Shown here piece by piece: positions 11,230 to 22,930 of a stretch of DNA of 64,000 bases. The translations under genes were made by a program, and so were the position numbers. Source of the DNA: Pseudomonadota bacterium (lineage in GTDB: Bacteria; Desulfobacterota; Desulfobulbia; Desulfobulbales; JAHJIY01); assembly GCA_018823175.1 (NCBI GenBank), contig JAHJIY010000066.1:92570-156569 (forward strand). The letters run 5' to 3'. Below the pieces are notes generated by a model. It worked only from the letters and a program-made list of their open reading frames with translations, did not search any database and was not told the DNA's origin. How positions within the stretch are numbered: the stretch's first letter is position 1; each line of letters opens with the position of its first letter.

Positions 11230-12042
11230 ATGCGGTTTTGTGTTTTAGGCAGCGGTAGTAAAGGAAATGCCACCTATGTTGAGTCCGGCGACACCCGGAT
11301 TCTGATTGATGCCGGTTTTTCCGGCATCGAGGTGGAGCGGCGGCTGGCGGTCATTGGGGTTGATCTCTCTTCTATCAGCGCCATTCTGGTGACTCATGAG
11401 CATAGTGATCATATCAAAGGCGTTTCCATTCTTTCCAGACGCTATAAGCTGCCGGTCCTGACCAACAAGGAAACGTTGAGCGGGGCTGGTAAGAATCTGT
11501 CCCAGCTTTACGCCTGGCAGGAGATTGCCACCGGTACTTCTTTTCACTTTCAGGATTTGGAAATTCATCCTTTTTCCATTTCACACGATGCGGCTGACCC
11601 GGTTGGCTATGTGATTGGTGACGGCTGTAGTATTTTAGGATATTGCACTGATACCGGTATCACTTCCCGACTGATGAAGCACCGGTTGACCGGATGCCAT
11701 GGCCTGGTGTTGGAGTTTAATCACGACCCGGAGTTATTGCGCAACGGTCCCTATCCGCCGCATCTTCAACAGCGGGTCAGGTCCAAGTCGGGCCATTTGG
11801 CCAACGGCGAGGCGGCAGAATTTCTTGCAGAGCTAATGCACGAAGGTCTTGAGCATGTGGTGCTGGCCCATATCAGTGAAGCCAATAATCATCACGAGGT
11901 GATTAATCGGGCAGTGGCTCGGTGCAGAGTTGGGGTTGACGGGGGATGTCGGGCTATGCGGATATCCATCGCCCGGCAGGACCAGGTTGGAGAAGTTATA
12001 ATGTTGTCGGGCGGCGCATTTTCGGTCGCGGAAGGTTTATAG
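11230..12042 (+). CDS. MBL-fold metallo-hydrolase (YycJ/PhnP-like)
   Basis: N-terminal MRFCVLGSGSKGNATYV and the HxHxDH motif VTHEHSDHIKG. Confidence 0.85.
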   Translation: MRFCVLGSGSKGNATYVESGDTRILIDAGFSGIEVERRLAVIGVDLSSISAILVTHEHSDHIKGVSILSRRYKLPVLTNKETLSGAGKNLSQLYAWQEIATGTSFHFQDLEIHPFSISHDAADPVGYVIGDGCSILGYCTDTGITSRLMKHRLTGCHGLVLEFNHDPELLRNGPYPPHLQQRVRSKSGHLANGEAAEFLAELMHEGLEHVVLAHISEANNHHEVINRAVARCRVGVDGGCRAMRISIARQDQVGEVIMLSGGAFSVAEGL

Positions 12043-12045
12043 ATT

Positions 12046-13644
12046 ATGGATAGTGAAAAACTGATTATCGAGCTTAATTATAAAAATCAGATTGTCGATG
12101 AAAGCAGGCAGCCTGAGCCGTTTAGCAGCCACAAGATGTTTGATCTGCTGCCCGAAACAGTTGCCGGCAAGCGCACTCTCCAGATTTTGGAGATTCATGA
12201 GCTTTTTAAGGCGATTAATTATACTCGCACTTCGGTGGGTGCAGCACGGCTGTTTCATTCCCTGGTCAATCCGCCTGAGTCAATTGAACTAATTCATGCC
12301 AAACAGGATTCCTTCTGTGAGGTTGAAAGTAACGACCAGCTTAAAAAAGCTATTGCTCAATATCTTGAGGTGTTCCGGGCCGGGGAAAATGACTTGTTCC
12401 GATTGATCAACGCTCATCTTGTCCCGATTGCCCCTTATCGTGCCTTTAATAACGCGATGAAATCAATAAGGAAGATGTTGAAGGCGGCGGAAATGATTCC
12501 CCGGCCCGAGACGGTTTATCTTGATTCACTGGTCCAGAGTATTTTGAGTTTTACCAGCTCATCGGTTAATGATCTGGCCTCTGGTTCAAGGTATCGGACT
12601 TTCAGCGGGATTAAATCAGGCAAGAGCGCGAAGTTCTGGCAGGCAAAACTTAAATTCAGGTCGGGCCGGATAAGCGGCGGCGTGATCTGGCCTTCTTTGC
12701 CCTGTCTTTACTTCGGATCGGGCTGGCTTTTTGGTTTTCTTGATCCGGGGGTGGCGGAAGCTTTTTTTCTGATTACCAGTTGGATTGGCGTTCTTGGTAT
12801 TATGTATGGCGGGTTGGTTAAACCTATTTTTGATTATGAGACCGCGATTTTGCCGATCCGCAAGAAGATTGTCAGTTCAAATCGTTTTGCTTCGGCCATT
12901 GAGGCGGTTGCCGGTTTGGACGAGCTCCTGTCTTTTGTCGGTTACAGTAAAGCGGTGCCCCATCCGACGGTTATTCCTGAAATATTAAATGACGATACAC
13001 ATTTCTTTGTGGCCCGGGATTTACGAAATCCGATCTTGGCGGTCCGGGAAGAAAATTTCGTCGGTAATGATGTAAGTCTGGAGGGGGTACGGGCTACCTT
13101 TGTCACCGGTCCTAATAGTGGCGGGAAAACAACCTACTGCAAGACCATTGTTCAGAGTCAGATTCTAGGTCAGATCGGGGCGCCGGTGGTGGCGAGTTAT
13201 GCCCGGATGAATATGGCCGACCGGATAACCTATCAGGCCCCGGCCTTTGATTCCTTGAACGATCCGGAAGGAAGGTTCGGTACGGAACTGAAGGTGACCC
13301 GGGATATTTTTTACTCGGTTACCCCCAAAAGTCTGACCGTGCTCGACGAGATCGCCGAGGGTACAACCACCCACGAAAAGATGAGTCTTTCGGTGGAGAT
13401 CATGAATGGTTTTTATGCGAGTGGCGGGAATACCCTTCTTGTTACCCATAGCCATGAGCTGGTCGAGGAGTTCAGGGTGCAGAACAAGGGGCAGTATCTG
13501 CAGGTGGAGTTTCAGGATGAATTGCCGACTCATAAACTAAAAGAAGGGATCTCCTGTGAGAGTCACGCCCTTCGAGTGGCCCAGAAAATCGGTTTTTCAC
13601 CGGAAGATATGCAGCGCCATCTTAAAGAGAGAGGGTATGTTTGA
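12046..13644 (+). CDS. MutS-related ATPase. It has MutS domain V only, plus predicted transmembrane segments.
   Basis: Walker A GPNSGGKTT, Walker B LTVLDEIAEGTT and the LVTHSHEL motif are typical of the MutS ABC-ATPase domain. No mismatch-binding N-terminal domain is recognisable. There are hydrophobic stretches in the middle of the protein (GVIWPSLPCLYFGSGWLFGF, FFLITSWIGVLGIMYGGLV). Confidence 0.75.
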   Translation: MDSEKLIIELNYKNQIVDESRQPEPFSSHKMFDLLPETVAGKRTLQILEIHELFKAINYTRTSVGAARLFHSLVNPPESIELIHAKQDSFCEVESNDQLKKAIAQYLEVFRAGENDLFRLINAHLVPIAPYRAFNNAMKSIRKMLKAAEMIPRPETVYLDSLVQSILSFTSSSVNDLASGSRYRTFSGIKSGKSAKFWQAKLKFRSGRISGGVIWPSLPCLYFGSGWLFGFLDPGVAEAFFLITSWIGVLGIMYGGLVKPIFDYETAILPIRKKIVSSNRFASAIEAVAGLDELLSFVGYSKAVPHPTVIPEILNDDTHFFVARDLRNPILAVREENFVGNDVSLEGVRATFVTGPNSGGKTTYCKTIVQSQILGQIGAPVVASYARMNMADRITYQAPAFDSLNDPEGRFGTELKVTRDIFYSVTPKSLTVLDEIAEGTTTHEKMSLSVEIMNGFYASGGNTLLVTHSHELVEEFRVQNKGQYLQVEFQDELPTHKLKEGISCESHALRVAQKIGFSPEDMQRHLKERGYV

Positions 13645-13650
13645 TCTAGA

Positions 13651-15174
13651 TTAATCTTTCAATTCCGGTGGCTCCGGACTTGGGTCTGGTTGAGTAATAT
13701 TTTGTCGGGACACAATTTTTTTATTAGTCAAGGTTGCTCGGATTGCTTTTAAGACATCAACTGCCGGGTTGTTATTCGGTAGTTGAGAAGTGTTTCCCCC
13801 AAGAATGAGTTCGCCGATCTCAACGGAGCTCAAGTTCTCTAAAGGGGCGGCGGGCACGTATCCTTTATCCTGGTCTTTTACCTGTCTTAATATGCCTGAT
13901 CTGGTCAGGTCAGTCAGTACTCCTTTAATGTAGGCGTCTGGTTGTTTGAGCGTCCGCATCAGGTTGTCGCGGGTGGTGATTTTGTTTTCCTGGTAATCAG
14001 CGGCAATATGAGCGACGATTTCGAAGGCGAGCCCCAGGCGGTTGATCGGGGTCAGGGTCAGTTTTTTCCAGAGGTAGCGCGGCCAGATCTGGACCGCAAA
14101 TGATATCTCGGCCCCGCCCAGGAAGATCATCCAGCCGACATAGATCCAGATCAGGAAAAGGGGAAAGGTTGCGAAGGAGCCATACATCGCGTTATAACGG
14201 GCTACGCCGATTTGCATTTTGAAATAGAGGGCCTGAGACAGAATCCAGATAATGCCGCCGAAGAAGCCGCCGGTCAGCGCCGCACTTATTTTCACTTTGG
14301 TGTTTGGCAGGAAGCTGTACAGTATGGTGAAAGTCGCGACCAGGGCCAGGATTGGGATTAGATTCAGATGCTGCGGGCCGATCCAGGGCAGTTTGCTTTG
14401 GAGCCAGGCAAGCAGAGCCGGGCTCTTCAGGGTAGCCATGGTTGCCACTCCAAGATTAATGGTAATCGGCAGTAGCAGCATCAGGGCCAGATAGTCCATC
14501 AGCTTGCGCCCGTGGGATCTGCCGCTTCTGGTTTGCCAGATGGCATTCATCGCCTGTTCAATACTGTACAAAACGGAAAATACCGCAATTAACAGGGCCA
14601 GGATGCCGAAAATCCCCAGTGCCGCGAAGTTGGTGCGGTCCACATAGTCAAATACCATGTCGACTGCTATTTTCAGGTGGGTGGTTAGGGTGGCGGAAAG
14701 CTCTTTTTTGTCTTGGGCTGATTCGACAGATGTCGGTTCAGTTAATTCTGGGTTTTCGGCAGACTGGTCGGCGGTCTCAGCCGGTTGCTCCAGCAGGAGA
14801 ATGACCTCCCTTTGGCTGGTGGTTAGCTCCAACTGTTCAATGAAGGTGTGGGCGGCCTGCCGCATTTGGCCCCCGGCTCCCAAGCCTTTTAATACTGCGG
14901 TGCCAAGAGCCAGTACCGGCACCATGGAGAGGATGACGGTAAACGTCAGGGCGCTGGCCCTTAGGGGGATCCGGTCAGCGAGGAATTCCTGGTAGACAAT
15001 AAGGTGGATTCGCAAGACGGCCCGGATGAAGTTTAGAAACTTATGTTCGCCGGCGGTTGGGGTGGCCCATATCCATTTTGCCAGTTGTTCACGACGTGTG
15101 GGTTGGGGCGGGTAATCTTGATGAATCGGAGGTTCTTCTTCCGGCACGGAGGTGTCGTTTCTTATCTCGTCCAT
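13651..15174 (-). CDS. YihY/BrkB (virulence factor BrkB) family inner-membrane protein with a C-terminal soluble extension
   Basis: RASALTFTVILSMVPVLAL followed by multiple TM helices. The start is taken as MDEIRNDT (15174). The C-terminal ~130 aa looks like a small helical, winged-helix-like domain. Confidence 0.8.
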   Translation of the reverse strand: MDEIRNDTSVPEEEPPIHQDYPPQPTRREQLAKWIWATPTAGEHKFLNFIRAVLRIHLIVYQEFLADRIPLRASALTFTVILSMVPVLALGTAVLKGLGAGGQMRQAAHTFIEQLELTTSQREVILLLEQPAETADQSAENPELTEPTSVESAQDKKELSATLTTHLKIAVDMVFDYVDRTNFAALGIFGILALLIAVFSVLYSIEQAMNAIWQTRSGRSHGRKLMDYLALMLLLPITINLGVATMATLKSPALLAWLQSKLPWIGPQHLNLIPILALVATFTILYSFLPNTKVKISAALTGGFFGGIIWILSQALYFKMQIGVARYNAMYGSFATFPLFLIWIYVGWMIFLGGAEISFAVQIWPRYLWKKLTLTPINRLGLAFEIVAHIAADYQENKITTRDNLMRTLKQPDAYIKGVLTDLTRSGILRQVKDQDKGYVPAAPLENLSSVEIGELILGGNTSQLPNNNPAVDVLKAIRATLTNKKIVSRQNITQPDPSPEPPELKD

Positions 15175-15368
15175 AATGAATGATCTTTGCCTGCTTGGTT
15201 GTCTGGTGAAAAAACTCTTTGCCCCGTTATTGCAAATGATGCGAAACAATTATGTTCTTGATCAAGGCAACCAAGGAAAAATCGCTTTATTGCAATAAAA
15301 AAAATTCCTTAAAGATAAGCGACGCCGGAGATATCGGTGACGTAATATGAGTTTATTCAACGGACTGT

Positions 15369-16958
15369 CTAGTTGTTGAGTACCCCTTGCATAATTTCGT
15401 TGCCGAGATCTTGGTATATTTGCTCCTCTTTGCTGCCGCTCTTGGTGTTGCTCTTGATTATTTTGTTTAATTCATCAAATGCCTTTTCTTCAGCGGACTT
15501 TTTGAGCTGATTTTCTAGTTCTGCGCTGTTTAATGTTATTTTCGGTTCGTTGATGGAGCCTGTCACTTGCAGGGCCAGAGTCGTCTGGCCTTCTTCGTCG
15601 GCTAGATATTTTGTGGCATCAATGTTTTTGCCAAGCATGGTACTGAGCTTAGGGGATAATTTGATTTCCAGCGGCAGGTTAAGGGTGCCGTTTAAATCAG
15701 CGGTGCCAATGGTTCTTGCGGTCAGGTCATCGCTGGTCAGGGAACTGTTTAATTCGATTTTGCCGTCAGTTATCTGTACCTTGCCTGACAAGTCCTGGAA
15801 TTTAAGATCGTTTATTTCTTTGATCTCAAGTAAGGTCGCTATCTCTCTGGTCAGGGGCAGGTCGTTTGCCCGGCCTTCGGTCAAGGCAAATTCTCCTTTG
15901 CCGTTTAGCTGGTCACCCAGTTGGGGCCATGTTGTCCCTTGGCCGTTAAAGGTCAGGTAGGTATAAAGTTTGCCGGACAGAAGGGAGGCCGGCTCGAAAC
16001 GGATACCGGTGAGGATATCTGCTAATTCGATTCTATCCAATTCAACACTGCCACTGTAAGGTGGGACGTTTTGCCCAAGGTCTGCCTTGGCGTTGGCAGC
16101 GATGTTGCCACCTGCCAACAGGGCGGTAATACTTTCTATGTTGAGTTGATTATCGGTCATGTTGTAATGAATTGAAAAATTGTCGATCACCAGGTCTTTG
16201 TACAGTAACTTGGTAATGAATATTTTCCCCGACACCGTAGGGGCGGTGGTTACCGGTTTTTCTTTTGTCTCTTCTCCGATGGTGGCGGCAGGTTTGGCTG
16301 GCAAAGAGTCGGCAAGTCCGGCCAGGTACTCCAGGTCAAGTTGTTCACTTGTCAGGTCAATTTGCATGGAAGGATTTTTCAGGTAGTCGTTGATCATGGC
16401 GTCGATTTTAACCGTTGCCTGGTCAAGAGATGTGTCTGCCAAGATATGTAATTCATCCTGAGTGAAGTCGCAGGAGCCGGTAACCTTGGCTTTAAGAGCA
16501 TCATAAATAAGGTCGCTGGTCAGATCAAGGCGGCCATGGAAAATGGGGGCCGCAGTTGTTGTTTTCCCGAGGTCAACCGTTAAATTGATATTTGCTTCGC
16601 TTTCTATGGTCGGCAGTTGTCCTGATGAGTCCTTAACTTGCAATTTCTGGGTATTGATTTGTAGTTTGGCATTCCTGGTCAGCAAGGGCAACAGACTGTA
16701 TCTCAGGGTGAATTCCGTTCCCTTGATCGAGATGTTGGGCTGGTTGTTGGCGATTAAAGAGAAATCTTTCAGGAAAACACCTTTAAAGAGGGAAACATCG
16801 ATCATCCCGATATTGAGCTTGCAGTTCAGGCTTTTCTCGGCCATCGGGATAATCGTGGTTCTGATTCGTTCATCGGACAGGTAAAAATAGACAAATATTT
16901 TTAGCCCAACGAGGATTAGTACAAATAGAACAACGAAGAGAAGTAGTAATTTTTTCAT
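15369..16958 (-). CDS. AsmA-family outer-membrane biogenesis protein
   Basis: N-terminal signal anchor MKKLLLLFVVLFVLILVGL followed by a repetitive beta-rich sequence of the AsmA/TamB type. The start ATG at 16958 was chosen over the longer ORF. Confidence 0.7.
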   Translation of the reverse strand: MKKLLLLFVVLFVLILVGLKIFVYFYLSDERIRTTIIPMAEKSLNCKLNIGMIDVSLFKGVFLKDFSLIANNQPNISIKGTEFTLRYSLLPLLTRNAKLQINTQKLQVKDSSGQLPTIESEANINLTVDLGKTTTAAPIFHGRLDLTSDLIYDALKAKVTGSCDFTQDELHILADTSLDQATVKIDAMINDYLKNPSMQIDLTSEQLDLEYLAGLADSLPAKPAATIGEETKEKPVTTAPTVSGKIFITKLLYKDLVIDNFSIHYNMTDNQLNIESITALLAGGNIAANAKADLGQNVPPYSGSVELDRIELADILTGIRFEPASLLSGKLYTYLTFNGQGTTWPQLGDQLNGKGEFALTEGRANDLPLTREIATLLEIKEINDLKFQDLSGKVQITDGKIELNSSLTSDDLTARTIGTADLNGTLNLPLEIKLSPKLSTMLGKNIDATKYLADEEGQTTLALQVTGSINEPKITLNSAELENQLKKSAEEKAFDELNKIIKSNTKSGSKEEQIYQDLGNEIMQGVLNN

Positions 16959-17073
16959 ATGAAAAATTCCGTGGAAAAAGTTGATTATATATCCTGTTTG
17001 TTTGTTATAGCAGGAATGGATGGTAAAAGGCAAGAATAGTGGTGAGGAGTTTGGCAGGAAATGTGGATTGAAT

Positions 17074-17117
17074 TAAAAAAAACCGCTTTTTCCGGTTGCA
17101 GGGAAAAGCGGTTTTTT
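17074..17117 (-). terminator. Rho-independent terminator downstream of glnA, bidirectional in form
   Basis: A-tract, then CCGCTTTTTCC, a loop, GGGAAAAGCGG, then a T-tract. Read on the minus strand it follows the glnA stop at 17207. Confidence 0.7.
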
Positions 17118-17206
17118 AGTTAAGAATGTTATCGCGGGGTTGACTCGCACCCCGAAGGAGGTAAGAGTGCCTGCGACACTCCGGGTGGGGATATGGCAAG
17201 AATTCC

Positions 17207-18535
17207 TTAGTAGACATCCAGGTAGTTTTTCAGCTCCCAGTCGGTGACTGCTATTCTGAATTTATCCCATTCTATTTCTTTGTTAATCAGATATTTTTCA
17301 AAAATATGATCTCCTAAAGTCTCTCTGGCCAGCTTGTTCTTTTTGAGTTCAACGAGTGCCTCCATAAGAGATCCTGGCATACTGGCGATTTTGGCCCTTT
17401 TCATCTGGTTGGGGGTCATTTTGAAGATATTGACATCGGTTGATTTGGGCGGGGTCAGTTTGTTTTTAACGCCATCGAGTCCGGAGTTAAGCATCATGGC
17501 GAAAGCTAGATACGGATTGCAGGCAGGATCCGGACAGCGGACCTCGACTCTGGTTCCTAATCCCCGGGAAGCGGGGATTCTGATCAGGGCGCTACGGTTG
17601 GAAGCGGACCAGGCCACGTAAACCGGAGCCTCGTAACCTGGGACCAGACGTTTGTATGAGTTGACCAGCGGATTGGTGATCGCGGCAAAGCCGCGAGCGT
17701 TTTTGGTGATCCCGGCAATATACTGCCGGGCTACTTCGCTTAGCTGCATGGGGGCTTTGGGGTCGAAGAAGGCATTGCTGCCATCGAGGTTAAAGAGAGA
17801 CTGGTTGGTGTGCATGCCGCTGCCGTTGATCCCGAAAACCGGTTTAGGCATGAAGGTGGCATGCAGGCCGTATTTTTTGGCAATGGTTTTGACTACCCAC
17901 TTGAAGGTTACGGTGTTGTCGGCGCAGGTCAGGGCATCGGCATATTTGAAGTTGACTTCATGTTGGCCCTCGGCAACCTCATGATGGGACGCCTCGATCT
18001 CAAAACCCATCTTCTCAAGGGTCTCGATGATTTCCCGACGACAGTCGATGCCGGTATCATCTGGATCAACGCTGAAGTAGCCGGCGGTGTCGTTGGTGAC
18101 GGTGGTCGAATTTCCTTTTTCATCAGTATTGAACAGGAAAAATTCTGCCTCGGTGCCAACATTCATGGTGTAGCCCATTTTTTTGGCTTTTGCCAGGACG
18201 CGCTTGAGGTTAATCCGCGGACAGCCGCTAAAAGGAGAGCCGTCGGATTTGTGGATGTCGCAGATAATGCGGGCGGCGCCTACGCCGTCTTTTTTCCGCC
18301 AGGGCAGAACGACAAAGGTATCGAAGTCGGGTTTAAGATACATGTCGGATTCGTTGATCCGGGCAAAGCCATCGATTGACGATCCGTCAAACATCATCTG
18401 CCCGTCCAGGGCTTTTTCGATCTGGCTGCGCGGGATTGCGATGTTTTTTGTGAAACCCTTGATGTCAACGAACTGCAGACGAAAAAAATGAATATTTTCT
18501 TTCTCTATGATCTTCATGATTTCTGTTCTGGTCAT
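17207..18535 (-). CDS. glnA: Glutamine synthetase, type I
   Basis: A 442-aa ORF with FDGSSI, GSGMHTNQSLF and NRSALIRIP motifs. Confidence 0.97.
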   Translation of the reverse strand: MTRTEIMKIIEKENIHFFRLQFVDIKGFTKNIAIPRSQIEKALDGQMMFDGSSIDGFARINESDMYLKPDFDTFVVLPWRKKDGVGAARIICDIHKSDGSPFSGCPRINLKRVLAKAKKMGYTMNVGTEAEFFLFNTDEKGNSTTVTNDTAGYFSVDPDDTGIDCRREIIETLEKMGFEIEASHHEVAEGQHEVNFKYADALTCADNTVTFKWVVKTIAKKYGLHATFMPKPVFGINGSGMHTNQSLFNLDGSNAFFDPKAPMQLSEVARQYIAGITKNARGFAAITNPLVNSYKRLVPGYEAPVYVAWSASNRSALIRIPASRGLGTRVEVRCPDPACNPYLAFAMMLNSGLDGVKNKLTPPKSTDVNIFKMTPNQMKRAKIASMPGSLMEALVELKKNKLARETLGDHIFEKYLINKEIEWDKFRIAVTDWELKNYLDVY

Positions 18536-18709
18536 GTTCTCGCTCCTTATTAAATGAGGGGTAGGTACGTGGTGAAAGGTCTAAATGTCAAATTTCCATT
18601 ATCGGGGCCATGCAGCTTTGTGCGGAAAAAATGTTGTCGATCCAAGAATTATCCACATATCTTGTTTGCCATTTATTTTTGTTGCACGATTTTGTAAGGT
18701 GGTGGCCCC

Positions 18710-21226
18710 TCAGTTCTCGATCCCGCTGGATGTGGCGAAAAACAAGGCTTGTCTGATTTCTTCCTGGTAGTTTTTTTCGGTTATTTTTTCTCCGTTGTCC
18801 TGGACGTAAAATACATCGACCATCTGTTCGTGACGGGTGGAGATCATGGCTCGGCAGATGTTTATCCCGAAGTCGGCAATGCTCCTGGTTATATTGTAAA
18901 GCAGGGCGGATTGGTCTCTGGCGTAAACCTCGATTACCGTGCAGTGCTCTGAAATATTGTTGTCGAATAATACTTTTGGTGTTGAATGGCGGTGTTCCGG
19001 GCCTGGTTCTGATTTTTTTGATTTTCGCTTGGCTGCCAGGCGATGGGCCAGACTGAGACGATTAAGTAAGGCCAGGTTAAGGTCCCGACTTACTTGCTGC
19101 CAGTCCTGGGTTTGGAATTCGGTCTCAAATAGTGGGCGCACTTCCAGTACATCGACTACCGTGCCGTCTTGCCAGGTGTGAATATGGGCCCCCAGGACAT
19201 CAAGATTGTGCAGGGCGAGAGTGCCGCAAATTTTGGAAAGCAGGCCGGTCTGGTCGTGGCTGATGATTAATAACGACCAATGGCCTTCCTTTTCCGTCGC
19301 CTTGATAAGGGCCGGATGCTCGGGATTTAAATATCTAAGGGAATCAATGTGGCTCGTGATCTCATCTGGAGAGAAGTTCAGCAGGTAGTCATCAGGCAGA
19401 TTTTCTACGTTAAAATTTCCCCCTGCCTTTTGAGTGATTTGTGTTCTCATCCAGTCTGCGGCTTTTGAATGATCCGGACCGGTAAGATCGGCGTGATCAA
19501 GGGTGTTGGCTATTTTCAGATAAAGTTCCTGGAGCAGGGCCGCCTTCCAGTCGTTCCAGGCCGCCGGGCCGGTGGCCCGACTGTCGGCGATGGACAGCAG
19601 ATAAAGCATGTTCAGGTTGTCGATATCTTTAATCTGTTCCGCGCACTGGATAATGAATTTTTCATCCTCCAGATCACGGCGCATGGCCATGTGGCAGAGA
19701 AAAAGATGATGGCGGACCAGAAAAATCAGTTTTTCAAGCTCCTGTTTCGGTAGACCCAATCTGGCGCCGATGATTTTGACCATCTCAGCCCCTCGCTTTT
19801 CGTGGTCAAGTCCCTGGCCTTTGCCGATGTCGTGAAAAATTGTGGCCAGGTAAAGGACATGGGGGTGTTTGATGGCCGTAAATATACTTTCCTGCTCCTG
19901 GATTATTGATTGGAGTTCTGCCACACTTCTTAACAGGTGCCGGTCAACGGTAAGCGTGTGATAAACATCATGTTGGGCCAATGATTCGATGTGTTTGAAT
20001 TCCGGGATGTAGGCGGTAAGCAGCCCTGTTTCCAGGAGAGAAGTCAGGGTGGTCATGGGGTTTACGGTACCCTGCAAAGCTTCTATAAAATATTTTGCCA
20101 TGTGGCGCGAACTTCTTGTTTTTTCATCAATCAGTCCCAGGTTGGCATAAATTGCTTTGCGTGTCCGGTAGTGGATGGGCAGTCCGGTTTTTGCGGATTG
20201 CGCAAAAATCTGCATACTTTTGACTGGTCGTTTTTGCAGATTTTTCAGGTCGATAAGGTGAATGCGGTCATGGCGTATTTCAAGGTTTTCATCCAGTGCT
20301 TTGTTGAGCCTGGGAAAGATGGATCTGTTCGTTGTTTCATCGACATGTTCAAAAAATAGTTCGTTGATTATTGATACATTATGTAAATGGGTATATAGCT
20401 CTTTCATGAAATATTCGACCCCGAGTATATTTTTACTTGCGGTGAATCCCATGGCCCGGGCTATTTCTTCCTGGTGCTCAAAGTAAAGAGTATCGTTTTT
20501 TCGGCCGCTGATATAGTGCAGGCGGTTTCGTATTTTGATCAGATAATCCTGGGCGGTTTCCAGTTTCAGGAGTTCCTTGGAGGTGAAAAGGCCGGCCTGT
20601 TCCATGCTGTCCGGATTTTTTAGCCCAAACATGATCTGAGCGGTCCATTGCATGGTCTGGATGTCCCGAAATCCTCCGCGGCATTCTTTGATATTTGGTT
20701 CCAGTAGATGTCCGTCCAGTCCGTAATTTTTGTATCTTTCGCTCCTTGAAGAAGTCACTTCCCGCAGGTATTTTTGGCGGTTGCCCTTGATGAATTTTTC
20801 TCGGAATAACTCGTTCATTTCTTCAAATAGATCCCTGGATCCCGCAATCAATCTGGCATCAAGCATTGCCGACTGGAGAAAGAAATCTTTTTTACTGTCG
20901 GTGATGCAGTCCTTTGGGGATCGCACTCCGTGACCCACTTCAAATCCGGCATCCCACAGGGGATACAATGTGGTTTCGACCGCAGCGGCGAGTATCTCCT
21001 TTTTTAATTTCGGCTCATGCAGCAGCATGATATCTATGTCTGAAAAAGGAAACAATTCGCTACGGCCATAACCACCCAAGGCCACCAGGGCCAAACCTCG
21101 GCCCTGGTCAGAACATTTTGCCAGGCAGTCGGTCAGGCAGGCGTCGATAAAACCGGTATGGTGCCTAAGAAGTTCGCGGCCGCTAAGCCCCTTGCGCCAC
21201 ATATTCTGTAAGGCGGTTCGGCGCAT
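18710..21226 (-). CDS. glnD: Bifunctional [protein-PII] uridylyltransferase/uridylyl-removing enzyme GlnD
   Basis: Nucleotidyltransferase domain (GGYGRSELFPFSDIDI), HD domain (FHDIGKG) and two C-terminal ACT domains. The start is uncertain. The ORF runs to 21460, but that part overlaps glnB. An ATG at 21226 or a TTG at 21307 are the non-overlapping options. Confidence 0.9.
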   Translation of the reverse strand: MRRTALQNMWRKGLSGRELLRHHTGFIDACLTDCLAKCSDQGRGLALVALGGYGRSELFPFSDIDIMLLHEPKLKKEILAAAVETTLYPLWDAGFEVGHGVRSPKDCITDSKKDFFLQSAMLDARLIAGSRDLFEEMNELFREKFIKGNRQKYLREVTSSRSERYKNYGLDGHLLEPNIKECRGGFRDIQTMQWTAQIMFGLKNPDSMEQAGLFTSKELLKLETAQDYLIKIRNRLHYISGRKNDTLYFEHQEEIARAMGFTASKNILGVEYFMKELYTHLHNVSIINELFFEHVDETTNRSIFPRLNKALDENLEIRHDRIHLIDLKNLQKRPVKSMQIFAQSAKTGLPIHYRTRKAIYANLGLIDEKTRSSRHMAKYFIEALQGTVNPMTTLTSLLETGLLTAYIPEFKHIESLAQHDVYHTLTVDRHLLRSVAELQSIIQEQESIFTAIKHPHVLYLATIFHDIGKGQGLDHEKRGAEMVKIIGARLGLPKQELEKLIFLVRHHLFLCHMAMRRDLEDEKFIIQCAEQIKDIDNLNMLYLLSIADSRATGPAAWNDWKAALLQELYLKIANTLDHADLTGPDHSKAADWMRTQITQKAGGNFNVENLPDDYLLNFSPDEITSHIDSLRYLNPEHPALIKATEKEGHWSLLIISHDQTGLLSKICGTLALHNLDVLGAHIHTWQDGTVVDVLEVRPLFETEFQTQDWQQVSRDLNLALLNRLSLAHRLAAKRKSKKSEPGPEHRHSTPKVLFDNNISEHCTVIEVYARDQSALLYNITRSIADFGINICRAMISTRHEQMVDVFYVQDNGEKITEKNYQEEIRQALFFATSSGIEN

Positions 21227-21308
21227 TTTCAGAATATCTTTTGTCGTCCTGATGGTCCTTGGTGGTTTTTGGGCGACTGACTTTAATTTGAGGTTTTCAG
21301 CGGGCAAA

Positions 21309-22906
<1,598 letters not shown>

Positions 22907-22930
22907 GATTAACTCCTTACATTGTTAAGG

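Noticed and set aside
18536-18709. A sigma54 promoter in front of glnA
   Set aside because: I scanned the minus strand for TGGCAC-N5-TTGC. The only TGGCA-containing strings (TGGCAAACAAGATATG and TGGCCCCGATAATGG) lack the -12 TTGC element.
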